Below are positions 50,867-63,293 of a DNA stretch of 64,000 nucleotides, piece by piece. Below the pieces are notes generated by a model that was not told the DNA's origin, made no database searches, and saw only the letters and a list, made by a program, of their open reading frames with translations. The translations under genes were made by a program, and so were the position numbers. Every line of letters starts with the position of its first letter. Positions within the stretch are counted from its first letter, which is position 1. The DNA comes from Tubulanus polymorphus. Its lineage: Eukaryota; Animalia; Nemertea. The stretch spans positions 17,012,560 to 17,076,559 of the forward strand of contig NC_134027.1 in assembly GCF_964204645.1 (NCBI RefSeq), given 5' to 3'.

Positions 50867-52586
50867 TTTTATAACAAAACTATCATTAAAACTCATTCAA
50901 ATATAAATATTCAATGTTAAAATATGAATTATTTCAATCACACTTTACTGACACTTTTAATGTTTAAAAATCTAACTCATACAAATATAAATATTGAAAT
51001 ATGTTTAAAATATAAACTGTTTCACTCACACTTTACTCACACTTTTATACTCTTTTAGTTATCCATTTATTTTACTTATATTTTTATTCGAAATCTGTTA
51101 AAATATGAATTATTACTGACACTTTACTCACACTTTTGTAAATAACATATAAATGATTTTAAAATATATGAAATTCATGTAAATAAAGTTCATTTATATG
51201 AAATTATTAAGAGTAATAGGGATAATGGGGGTTCATATCAAAGGTTGAAGGGGAGAGTGAGCTCGACCCTTCGACCTTTGGCTTGAACCCCTATTATCCC
51301 TATTACTCATAAGAAACAAAACTTATACATGGATGAAACATGAATATATCATAATTTTCTATACGTTCATCAGATTAAATAGAATTCTAACATGAGAGCA
51401 TACAGCGCATAAACTTGAGTCCTCATATATGAATGCAATTCGGTGCGTACGAATCACGTTAAATCTTTCTTTCTTTATTCTGTTTTGTCGAGTGAGTGTT
51501 GCAGGAATATTTATAATGCTCATTAATAGCTGAAATGATAAAATAAATGTATAATGATTGAGTAGACATTATAAATTACCTGATTTATAATCGGTCGATT
51601 CAGAAATATTACTCGAGTAAACCTATAATAGGTGTATGTGCAAGACCATTTACGCACATATGCTACAGAGAAGTCTGTTGAGCTGTTAGGTATCTTCATG
51701 TAATGTTGTTGTAGTCATCTTGTATGCCAAGAACAGATAAGCAAGTCAAACTGGTTGAAGCAGTAGAATCTGTAGAATGATAGAATGTTGTAATACTTTC
51801 CTGAAAGTAAGAAAGATACTTGAGTTTGGTGATCAGAGAAATTCCACTAACTTTGGTTAGACGGCCTAGGACTTCTTCCGGGATGAAATGCCAGACCTTG
51901 CAATTTTTCATAGTACTTTTTTTTCTACTTTTGTCACATTTTTCCCACAAAAGAGGATTTTACATTTTTCATGCGAAAGACTGAAGTCAATGACTGACAC
52001 TAGACTATGAACATTAACACGTATTATGAACCGGTTATGTCAAAATAGAGCCGAGAGATAAAACAACATATAAAGCCTACGAAATACATAGCTGGTGACA
52101 AGGATATTAAAAAAATCTCGAATATATGGAGATTTCACTTTCCCATTTCTCATACCATGACCATTTGACTTGAAAAATCTAAGTTATTGACTGGTTGAAT
52201 CAGTTAGTTTGACGGGTATTAGAATTGATGCTTTTGAGAGCTAAAATATATTCAAACAGGGACTAACAAGTGAATTGTTTGAAATCTATGATAACGATTT
52301 TTGACACGTCAAATGAACATTTAATTTTGAGAGAATATCCTCATCTCAATTGACAATTCGTTTTTGACAATTAAGGCAGTTTTATTTTGGCAATGTAATC
52401 AAGAAATCACTGTATTCAGTGTAACCCATTTGAATACCATTTTTTATAAGCATTTTAGACTTTACGAGTCAACTTGATTTTTTTTGTTTTTGAACTGAAG
52501 AAATGAAAAGTTGACGAATAAAATATTATCGTTTGGCGAATAAATGGTAGAAAATGTTGCCCTATTGTGCCCATGCCAGGTGATCC

Positions 52587-53180
52587 GCTGGTGTCATATC
52601 GCGGAATCACGGAATCGCGCAATTTTCTCTAAAAACATGGAATTTCTTCATTTTCAACGGGATACCCCATTTTGGCACCGGCCGCAAGTTTTTCATTACC
52701 GGTACCTGGTAGGCCTATTTGATAATATATGACTATCGTCACTCAATGAATTAACGACACTTCCAAACGAGAGAATGGAGAACCTACGTAGGCAAATTAA
52801 TCTATCAACAGTGACTGCTGACCCCGTCTCAATAACTTGTGCATCGGGCCGATACCCAAGGCAGTGCGTCGGTTGAGACCGCATCTACGAGTTCTGTGTA
52901 TGTTACCATTAATAAACCTTAAAGTAATTAATAAACCTTAAAGTAATCAAATAGATGCTGCATTGTAAAATAGTTATAAAAACGATGGTTTATTTAGACT
53001 GCACTGATTCACCTGTCGTATTAAGACCAAACTGAGGTATGTTTTAAAAACGTTCAAGAGAAATATCCTAAAAATGAACGGTGTCAGACGGAAACAGATA
53101 CATATTATACATATTCTGACTTTGAATTTTTAAATTGTGATTCATGTGAGTGTGGTGTATCTAGAAGAGTTGATGAAAGT
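52587..53180 (-). mobile_element. Truncated inverted copy of the MULE-like element at 59253-60358
   Basis: Begins with TIR ..TGTCATATCGCGGAATCACGGAATCGCG; matches 59790-60358 inverted. Confidence 0.75.
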
Positions 53181-53670
53181 TGAATGATATTAAAGATTAT
53201 ATATAAATCGGTATCTCTTTAACTCAGGGAGCGACTATAGTTTGGGTGTCCCTATTGGTTATGTACCTAACCTTACCATACTATCACTAGCGCCACATAG
53301 TAGAGAGGTGACCTAAACTGCAGTTAGGCCAAACTGACCAACAAATCATCTAAACGTTTCCATAAAGTCCGTAAAGACCCTAAAGTAACAAATTCTGTCG
53401 GATTTTTAAATTTTGTGTTGACATGCACACACATCAATTCATAAGGGCTCAAAAATCTATTCTATACTTACGTTAACGGACGACGCTCTTTAAATCCACT
53501 GAAATGGTTTTCGAAACATCATAAGCCCTCGATATACCGGTATTCAACTGTCACGTCTGTCTACCTTGAATCCGCGCTTAGTTGAAGGTCGCGCCGTAAA
53601 ACACGTATTTGGACTGCCGATAGTAAATATTCAGTCCAGTAGATATGTTTTACGCTAGGGTACGGAATAC

Positions 53671-53671
<1 letters not shown>

Positions 53672-53742
<71 letters not shown>
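53672..53742. repeat. (TA)n microsatellite
   Basis: Directly visible. Confidence 0.97.
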
Positions 53743-53744
<2 letters not shown>

Positions 53745-53839
53745 CTGTGGCTATGCGTGAGTTACGAAAACGAATTGTGGCGAGTTCAGTTGTGAACATC
53801 ACCGCGGTAACCATATATCACCAAAGATAACATACTTAC

Positions 53840-54019
53840 ATGGATAACGTAGTCAATGTCAATCAATTTGCATCCATCGAGACCGGATGGGGGTAGTGGG
53901 GGAATGTGAATTACATCGTGATACATTCCAGAATCTCCCGGTTTAATCAAAGCTCCGGATATACTGAAAATGCACGCTGTAATGTTCTTCACGTTGCCTT
54001 GTGCACTGAGCTTTATATG
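53840..54019 (-). CDS. Arrestin-domain-containing protein (alpha-arrestin family), internal exon
   Basis: AG/GT-bounded 180-nt exon: HIKLSAQG..IHIPPLPPSGLDGCKLIDIDYVIH (arrestin C-domain). Confidence 0.85.
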
Positions 54020-54196
54020 CTATAGAAACAATCAAACAATGACAAATATTAAATATTATAATATATTGCTGCAACCGACTCTGCGATTTGATGTGCCTTG
54101 CTCAAAGACATGAGTTTTCTGGAAGAGGCAATCAAGTGTGCAATACCTGAGTAGGTTGTAGCCTTAGAAATAGCATAGACGGGTGGCAGACTATAC

Positions 54197-54379
54197 CTGT
54201 TCAAATGTTACATTTGAAGTTTCTATCTCAATTTTACTATTGTTATTTATTTCAACATCAATGTGCAAAGTCTCGCCCGGTACATAACCATTCTTATCCA
54301 AGTTAACCGAACAGGATATCGTACCACGCCTACAGCAAAAGCAACCAAGAGGCTTTTGCACAAGAAGCGATACAGGGCC
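54197..54379 (-). CDS. Arrestin-domain-containing protein, internal exon
   Basis: AG/GT-bounded 183-nt exon: GPV..KPLGCFCCRRGTISCSVNLDKNGYVPGETLHIDVEINNNS. Confidence 0.88.
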
Positions 54380-54796
54380 CTGAAAAAAAAAACAATTTTC
54401 CTCTGTGATTGTAAACACCCTCCATTTGAGCGGGTCTGGCTATATTCTATCACCTTTTTTTATCTCGTCGTTTCGGGTAGTTCATGTTTCGGTTAGTTCA
54501 TTTCATGTTAGCATTTGAATTTTAACCAGATACGTAAATACGATAGCGTTCTCACTTCCGCTTCACTCGGGCGAAGGCATAAAGACTATTTACATCAAAA
54601 TGCTACAACTGAGGCGCATTTGTTTGAAACCGGTTTGCACAAACCGAAACGGTGGAGAAATCGGCTTTGTTCATTCCGGTTAACAAACCGGTTTGCATAA
54701 ACTAGCGTCTTTGTTCAGGCGTAAACCTTAACGGTTTGCGCAAACCGACTAAACCGTTCGCCGAGCGGTTTACGAGAGCAAACCGACTTTTCCAAC

Positions 54797-56510
54797 ATGG
54801 CGGTCCCCTTTGAGTTGGTCATCGACAACAAGCAAATATCCGCCGTAGCTGACAATATGGACGCGTATAAATGGATCAGAGACAGTAAGATTAAGATGTT
54901 TTATGCGTGGGATATATGATTCGCAAAATTACTTCTAATAGTGATTTAGCATATGCTGTAATTCGCAATTCTCCATCTATACTAAATTCAAAGTTAATTT
55001 ATTGATAATCATCGATCTTATTTCAGAGTCACCTGTCGTCATTGAACATATTAGATCTGATTATAACTTAGCTGCATTACCTTCTGATGAAACAATTCAC
55101 ATCAGAGTGCCTGAGGATATTTTGCCTGGCAATGGTAAGTATTTTTAGATTTTCTTTAACTGAAAATTCTTCCAATTTTGTACTGTAGAATTTGTATTCA
55201 TCTATGCAGGGGTTCAACTTTGACAATACTTAGGATTTTTTGAATCCCTGATGCGTGCTCATATTGTATCTATATTTCTTTGTTACGTGCCTTGTATGTT
55301 ATTGATGAGTTCGTCAAATAAACTTAACCTAACCAATAGAATGGTAGATTACGGTAGACTACTCCATCTTCAGTCCTGGCACTAATAGTCGTAAATAGTT
55401 GTATGCTATTGATTTTCATATGAGTACTAGTATCATATGTCTAATCGCCATGATAATGAACATTTGAAATATTTTGTATAAATCATTGCGTTTTAGGACC
55501 TATATGATGAAAATAGATAGGCCCTATGATGCTCATAGATGGTCTTATTAGTTTCCCTTTTTCAGTTCACACGAGACCAATTCAAACCGAAAATGATGTA
55601 GGCGTACCTAACACGGATAAAATTACTGGTAACACGCATACAGCAAACAGTAAAACTAATATGAAAGGGATTGATAGTGGTAAGTCTTATTTCATATATC
55701 AAATAGGCTTACAGCTAGTAACATTTCCTTACTACGCAGTCATGTTCATTGATCTTTGAATATTACAGCTTTGTCGTTTATGATTTTTTGTTATAGGGGA
55801 AATCTTTCATTGATCATCCGTCCTTTATCGATATATCTAGCCCAATATTCGACTTGCTAAAACAAATTTGTTAGTCTTTTGTGAACAATATCATATTAAA
55901 TTTCTTTTTATGTTCAGACAAACAACTACATGCCTGAAAATGCAGTTAAGCTTATCATTCACCTTCGCACAGAAATGGATGAGGACTTTTGTAAGATGTG
56001 GAAGAAGAAGCGTCCACTTTGGGAAAGAATTACTAAAAGATTGAAAAAAGAATAGATTGGGAACAGATTAAAGTTAAATGGGACAATTTGGTTCATATGT
56101 ACAAACAAACCTGTGATAAAAACAATCAAACTGGGAACTCCCCTGCAACGTGTAGATTTTTCTATGAGTTGGACAGTATCCTTTGCTCCAAGCCCAACAC
56201 CCATCCTGATTTCACAGTCTCAGCATTTGAAAATCTCAACAGTTATGACAATGACGAGAGTGAAATCAGTACCAGTGACGATCCTTCAGATTTCCCCCAG
56301 AACCCCTCGAAGCGTAAAAGGTCAAATAAACGGACGCAGGAGTTACGTGTTATCTTAGCGGGTTATGAAAAAGTAAGGCGAGAATTATGACTGAGATGAA
56401 AAAGGAACATGAACAGCTTTTGAAATTAGAAAATGAAAGAACTGAAGTTGAGAAAGAAAAAGTCCAGGTGTTCAAAGAATCGTTTAAAAAGTTGCAGGAT
56501 AAGCAGTAGA
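54797..56510 (+). pseudogene. Spliced Myb/SANT-like (trihelix) DNA-binding gene, Harbinger accessory type, antisense to the arrestin gene
   Basis: Phase-1 exons 54797-54884, 55027-55134, 55566-55679 and 55918-~56510. Protein: PENAVKLIIHLRTEMDEDF..LWERI..WEQIKVKWDNL..Y..NNQTGNSP..CRFFYELDSIL, with frameshifts. AAACCG subterminal repeats at 54612-54790. Confidence 0.7.
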
Positions 56511-56514
56511 GTAA

Positions 56515-56736
56515 GGACTAAAGAAAATGATACCTCGTTTCTCCTAATCGGCCGGGGTTTATTTTTTATAAATCGTGATAAAATTTTAAAATCAGTTCAT
56601 TTCTATTGCTACCGGATCTGTTATGGTAAGCTTGATCATGCTTTAATAAAAGTTTTGTACAGGGGAGATAGACGGCCAGCTGGATCAATTTTAAAAGCTT
56701 GGCAGAAAGGAGAAACAAGGTATCAATTTTTAGCCT
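56515..56736. mobile_element. MITE, same family as 42641-42853
   Basis: Same TIRs and internal similarity. Confidence 0.8.
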
Positions 56737-56834
56737 AGGATTGGTGTATTTAGTTTTGAAGTGATTTCTTTTACATTCGTTCAGTGTTTCGTCTAAGCTG
56801 AATAAACATGGTATCTAGAAGATGTAACTAATAC

Positions 56835-59800
56835 AGATTCAGATTCAGATTCAATTTTTATTGTTCATAAATTTTACAATTCGCAATGAACAAAACATAC
56901 ATTAATAATACATAAATACAGAATGACGGTATAACAGCGTGGAGAATTCACATCTCTATTATACATGTTTACAACTTAATTTGAGCATATTCGAATAAAT
57001 CTAGAAAGATTCATCAGAATTATTTGATTTTTTGTACAGAATAGTGAGTTCATATTTTCAAAATTTGGGATTGACCAAAATCTTCTAGGGATAAGTTTTT
57101 CGCGTTGCATCTGGAAAAACCTACATTCTAATATAGTGTGACGCTCGTCCCCCCAAACACCGAGGTTACAATTTGTACAAAGTCGTTCTTCCCGAGGTAT
57201 TCTGTATCGCCTGCCTGATTCTATGGGTAAATTATGCTACATTTAAATCTACAGAGGGAATGCGGTACGATGTGGGTAACGAGAGGATGTAATTTCCAGG
57301 CTCAAACGTATTGAAAGTCGGTTTAATATGACGATAAGTCAATGCTTTAGATGATGCTGTACAGTCTGCGTGCCATTTCTGGATAAATTGATCAGTAAGT
57401 CGTAGCTTTACAGATTCATAGATATACTGGACGTTAGGAAAATTTTGCTCGAACCAGAAATTAGCCATTCCACACTCATGGAGTATATTCTGGATAGATA
57501 ACCATTTGAAATAGATATTTTGTGACGTACTTAAATCATATTGGATAGAATACGCTTTAAATGAGGCATTTTGTAAAAGAACCATTATAGTTAAACACAA
57601 TACCAAGGTACATAAAGTCAACTACGATTTCTATATCATCTTTACCAAGGGGAAACTTTAGATTTGTCTGGCGTGGTTTTCTTTTCTGGAAGATAATGAT
57701 TTTGGTTTTGTCACTATTAATAGCTAAATTCCATATTTTACAGTACTCAATTAGGGAATCTAGAGCAAGTTGTAGACTTTCTGTAGATTCTGATACAATT
57801 ACAGTGTCGTCTGCGTAAAGTAGGATAAAAAGTTTCAGCAAAATGCCGTCGTTACAACCCTCGAGAACTACTGGGCTGCGGGCTTTGTTACAGAGATACG
57901 ACTCTAAGTCGTTGATAAGGACAGAAAATAGAATAGCAGACAAATCATCTCCTTGTCTTAGGCCGTTAAAACTGTCAAAGAAATCAGACTGAATTCCGTT
58001 TACTAGACATGATTTAACATTCGTGTAAATATTTTTGATTACATTTAGCATATTACCCTGGGTTCCAGTATTTAAATGTTTATTCCAGAGTGCTTTTCGC
58101 CATATTTTATCAAATGCGTTTTCGTAATATATAAAAGCACAGTATATCTTCTTCTTTCTTGCCAGGGAAATATCATTGATGGTTTCAGGGTATAGGTATG
58201 ATCGTTAACCCCATGTTTTTTACGAAAGCCTGCTTGATTTAAATTAAGAAGTTTGTTAGTTTCCAGGAATTCTGATAGTCTTGTACATGTATCTATTAAG
58301 CTAGTAAATAATTTTCCCAAACTGCTAAGCAGAGTTATTCCTCGGTAGTTATTGGGCGACTCCCTGTTGCCATTATTCTTATAGATTGGTATAATCGTAC
58401 CGAGAAGCCAGTTTTCTGGTATAATTCCTGTTTCTAATATCTTATTTAAAAGAGTGGTAAGGATTACAGAGAGGTTAGATTCGGAATTTTTTAGAATTCG
58501 TTGGCGACATCATCTGAGCCCGAGCTTTGTTATTCTTAAGTTTTTGAATTGCGTTGAGTACTTCAGGTTGGAATATTGGTCTTTCGAGAGCGTCGTTATT
58601 TGAAGTTTCGACATCAAATGGATTTTCCATGGGACCCATGTCATCATCATAGAAATCAGGTTTTCCATTGAGTTTTCGGAAATGGTCAAGTAAATCACCC
58701 ATACTGGCAGAGCTAGGGTTTTTTCTTTCTTATTCAAAATTTTCCAATATTCCCTCGGATTAGACTTTTTGAGTGATTTTAGCCGTTTATTTTTCATTTT
58801 CAATTTGGCTATCCTGTTTTACTCACTTTTTATAAGCTCTAAAAGACTGATTAACGTTTTCCCTATTTGCCATCGATTTACATCCGCTATATCGTCGTTT
58901 TGCTCGACGGTAATCTTGCCTATATTTCTTACTCTTTTTACTCAGTTTCTGTTTATTTCTAGCCGCTGACGAGTTTCGTAACCGGCCTCGCAGTCCCCAT
59001 AGTTTGTTTGGTCGTCTCTTTGAGATGGTCAGAGATGAGATTGTTTGCTTGATTGCGATCAATTTCACCTGCTATCAGGGCTTCTTTTATACCACTTAGG
59101 TCAACCATGTTGAACACATTTGAGAAAGCAGACTTTCTGTCTTGATCCCATTTAATTTTTTCCCGTTTTTCAGTCCTGGCAGGGGGAGCTGTTATTATGT
59201 TCTTTTTATTACTAGGCTTGGTAAAGTTTGTTGTAGCTTGGGATTGGACAGTGGTGTTGTCATATCGCGGAATGACGGAATCGCGGAATTTAAAAAAACA
59301 CGGAATTTCTTCACTTTCACTATAAATAGTCACCTGGTTTTCCTGCGGGGAACAAGGAACCGGAACAATCAATGCACTGAGTTAGCTTCGAATCACACTA
59401 TTCGCACGCAATTTTATCTGACATTGTTTTATGATACCGTTCAGTTACCTGCAGCTTCATTAACAGTCAGAATGTAGTCGGAAAAAGAGATTGGCACTAG
59501 TGCAAGCATCGGTTATCGAAGTTAATCGACTTTTTGCGATCTTCTTCGTAGATTTGAGCACGGTCGCTCTAGGTTGGGCCGTAGTTTCAGATGGCTGCAA
59601 ACGTGAAATGTGCTACTACCAAGCATGTACCGCGGTTCCTTAAAACTTATATTTGATATCTAGTACCGATAGTACGTTTTTCAGACCTAAGGAATCAATA
59701 GGAGAAGCAACTAAGTAACAGCTTTCTCTTCACAAATAACGGAGTTAAGAAAAGATACCATTTTAAAAATAATCTTTGATATCATTCAACAACTTTTATA

Positions 59801-60491
59801 ACTCTTCTAGATACACCACACTCGCATTAATCACAACTTAGATGCACGAGACGCATTAAAAATCTCAAGCCAGAATATGCAAAATGTATATCTGTTTTCG
59901 TCTGACATCGTTCATTTTAGGATATTTCTCTTGACCGTATAGAAACATACCTCATTTTGGTCTAAATACGACCAGTGAAAATGTGCAGTCTAAATCAATC
60001 ATCGTTTTTATATCCATTTTACAATGCAGCATGATTCAATTAAATAAAGGTTTATTAATGGTAACATTCACAGAACTCGTAGATGCGGTTCCAATGTTGA
60101 TAGATTAATTGCCTGCGTCGGTTCTCCAATTTATCGTCTGGAAATATCGTTAATTAGTTGAGCGACGATAGTAATAGATTATCACATAGACCTACCAGGT
60201 ACCGGCAATGAAAAAATGAAAAACATGCGTCCGGTGCCATGTCCAACAAAGGGTATCCCCGTGGAAAAACTCAGTTACTACGTATAGTGAAAATGAAGAA
60301 ATTCCGTGTTTTTTTTTGAAAATTCCGCGATTCCGTGATTCCGCGATATGACAACACCGATTGGACAGTGCACGTCAGAAACTACGTTATCGAATTCGAT
60401 AACGCTAAAATGAAGTAGTAATGGGAAAAAGTCTGGTGATATCATATAGTCCACCACATGTTTTTCGTTTCCTTTCAAGCAGGTGAAATTC
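56835..60491 (-). mobile_element. APE-RT LINE (RTE-X-like) with (TGAATC)n tail; decayed, interrupted by the MULE and cut by P4
   Basis: NYRGITLLS, NQAGFRK, GLRQGDDLS, LYADDT, YLG, C-terminal GRY..ERLC..C..DE.H..EC; AATAAA plus microsatellite tail at 56835-56865; endonuclease VVDY..SDVHCPI at 60360-60491. Confidence 0.85.
59253..60358. mobile_element. Non-autonomous Mutator-like (MULE) DNA transposon
   Basis: ~70-bp TIRs GGTGTTGTCATATCGCGGAAT..; perfect 11-bp TSD GATTGGACAGT (59242-59252, 60359-60369). Confidence 0.85.
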
Positions 60492-61459
60492 AGTAAAAAA
60501 TTAAAATAAATTCTCGCACGCTCGAATTTATTTCAATTTTTCATTCACTCGCCCTCTCAACCTTTGACCTGAACCCCTATTTATACAATTACTCAAATAA
60601 TTCCATATATATGAATAACATATAAATGAATATTTTATATATGAATAACTTCTAAAATCAATTTTAATAAAAAATTTGATATTGAAGCAAGCAAATGAGA
60701 ACTACTACTGTCCAACATGTAATATCAATATAGATAAATCTCAAAAAGCAAGACATAATAAAACTAAAACAGCATAGATAGACAAAATCAATTAGATAAG
60801 GATTGTATCACACTACCCGTTGATATCTAACATTAAATCATACAACACTATACAACTGAAAAAAAAACACCTGTCGCCCACTTACGCGCGGAATTATTAA
60901 TCATCGTTTACTGCAGACGGTCACAGATGGTGCTTGTTAATTGAATAACTGGCAGTTCCGTATGCGCTAGTAGAAACACAGGACGTATTAACAACACTGA
61001 ATCAGAGACCGCTCAAACAGACATATACAGTTACAATATCTCTCCCATTTGGTGATATAATTCGGAGTTTACAATTCGCGAGTTAAATGTAAGTACAGTT
61101 TTTGTTGTTGTAGAAATCAAATGATGTATTGGTTGAAACGACCGAACACCCTTGTATATGTATTCACGCTTGTGTAAATCTATAGGCGGAGATGGTGAAT
61201 GTTCCATGTTCAGTCGTTGCAATTTGCATAATATATATACAATTGTGATTGGTTGGAGGTGGTTTTGACATAAATATTTATAGGTGGTCATCAATGACCG
61301 CTTTTGGATATTGCAACTGATGTAGAATCCGAAATGACTTATCAAAAGTAGTGAGGAATTAAAAAGGATTTCAGACCAGACAATGACGTAAGTCGAAGAC
61401 GAACAGACGGAAATTAGCAAATAGATTTCGAATAAAATAAAAAAAATTATATATTGTAA

Positions 61460-62060
61460 ATGGAAAGTAAACAGCCACAAATTATTAATATTACAAATTG
61501 CACTGGCGTTATAAATATATATTATAAGATATGTTCTAAGAGTGAATTAAATAAACAATCTTCAGAATATTATAAACATAAGCTTTACAAAGATGGTTTA
61601 CGAAATATTTGTAAAACATGTTGGAAACCAAGTAATGCAAAATATCGAGAAAGTAATCCAGAATACATGAGAGATTGGAAAAAAGTGAACATATCAATAT
61701 AATTACCGTGAAAATATTAATAATTACCAAAAAGTAAAATATAATTCAGATCCATTATTCAAATTAAAGCATACTAATAGAACTAGTTTGAACAAAGTTT
61801 TCAAAAATTATATAAAATCTGATAGATCAATTGGTTATTTAGGGTGTTCTATAGAATTTTGTAAGGCATGGATAGAATATCAGTTCGATAATAACATGAA
61901 ATTTGAGAATCATGGAGAATATTGGGAGTTAGATCATGTTATCCCATGATCATCAATAGAAGATGAATCTGAAATAAAAACAATATGTAATTGGAAGAAT
62001 AATCAAATAATTAAAGCTGAAAGATTTATACAATTATGGAATAATATTAAAGGAATATGA
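61460..62060 (+). pseudogene. HNH endonuclease of P4
   Basis: MESKQPQIINITN..ICSK..CKTC..YLGCS..QFDNNM..WELDHVIP; disrupted. Confidence 0.78.
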
Positions 62061-62373
62061 TTTGTTATCGAGAATCCGAAATGACTTATCCGGACAATTT
62101 AATTGCTCCGCATAGATAGAAAAAAGTAGTGAGATATAAAAATTATATTCTAGCATTTTTTTTAAAGAATATTTTAAAATTTTAATTTGATTCAAAATCT
62201 AATATTTTCTTTTCAAAAAGAGAATACCTTATATTACACATACAAAATATTAAAGAAACATTAACTTCATATAGCTAGTATTCTTAGACAATACTAGAAT
62301 TCTTTAACTTTAACTAAATAGTAACGCCTAAAGAAATATTATAATATCTTTTTTCGCTTTTTTGCTAAAATAA

Positions 62374-62953
62374 ATGTCTAAAAAATCGAATAAGAATAAT
62401 ATTGATATTGAAAAAACATTAGATGATTTAGGATTAACCGAAGCTAAAATTGAAAATAATAATGATAATGTAGCAACTAATTGTATTCAAAATAATAATA
62501 TAGATTATGAATTCTATTTATATTGTAAGCACCATCTTGCGTTACTAATTCCTGGTGGAAAGTCTAAAGAGTTTATCGGAAAAATTACAACTTATCAAGA
62601 ATTAGATAATATGAAACCAGATAAAGTAATCAAATATATATGGAGAAGCTAGATTAGCTCGAATAAATGACTCTATTAGTGATGGAAGAGTAAAATGTTA
62701 CTCTAAGTTATGTAACCGGATAATACCAATTGATGATGAAAATAAATTATATAGTGATTTAAAAAATGATTATTTAGTTATGACAGAATTACAAAAATGG
62801 GTTGGGTACGCTTCATTTCAATTGGGTGGAATAATGACATTAATTTCTACTAGTGTAATAACATTTTCTAACATTAAACCTATAGAATACAAAGATAGAA
62901 ATAAATCAGAATATATTGAATCAGAACATAAATTAACTAAAATAAATGAGTGA
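62374..62953 (+). pseudogene. Ortholog of 22847-23449
   Basis: High DNA and protein similarity; frameshift near 62640. Confidence 0.75.
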
Positions 62954-63290
62954 TGATATTAAGAAGAAGCCTAGATCTGAAAAACAAATTAAATGGGCAA
63001 GGGAATTAGGCAGAAGATCTTCTGAGTTAAAAAAAGCTAAGAAAAAGAAATTAACTGATATAAATGAATCACCTGTTATTAATTCAAATAATAATTTATC
63101 TCATGCTTCGAAATACTGGAAGTAATAATACATTAGATTAGTAACAGTAATCATATTCTCTGGTGTATTATATTAATGTAAGTATAAATCCAAATCTAAT
63201 AATAATGATGATAATGATAATGATGATAGTAGTGATGATTATAAACCTATTATACCAGAAAATAAATCAAGATTATTATTAATGGATTAA
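62946..63290 (+). pseudogene. Ortholog of 23442-23810 (membrane protein)
   Basis: MSDDIKKKPRSEKQIKWARELGRRSS; disrupted. Confidence 0.7.
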
Positions 63291-63293
63291 AAT

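Larger units (their letters stand above)
49049..51307. mobile_element. Non-autonomous mini-Polinton P3
   Basis: Ends 5'-AG..CT-3'; TSD CATAGG/CATAAG (5 of 6 match); ~95-bp palindromic TIRs; 50935-51000 matches the P2 TIR (41768-41833). Confidence 0.88.

Noticed and set aside
51690-53660. Further arrestin-gene exons
   Set aside because: Candidate splice sites exist (donor near 53471, acceptor near 51801) but no clean in-frame arrestin-like sequence could be assembled.
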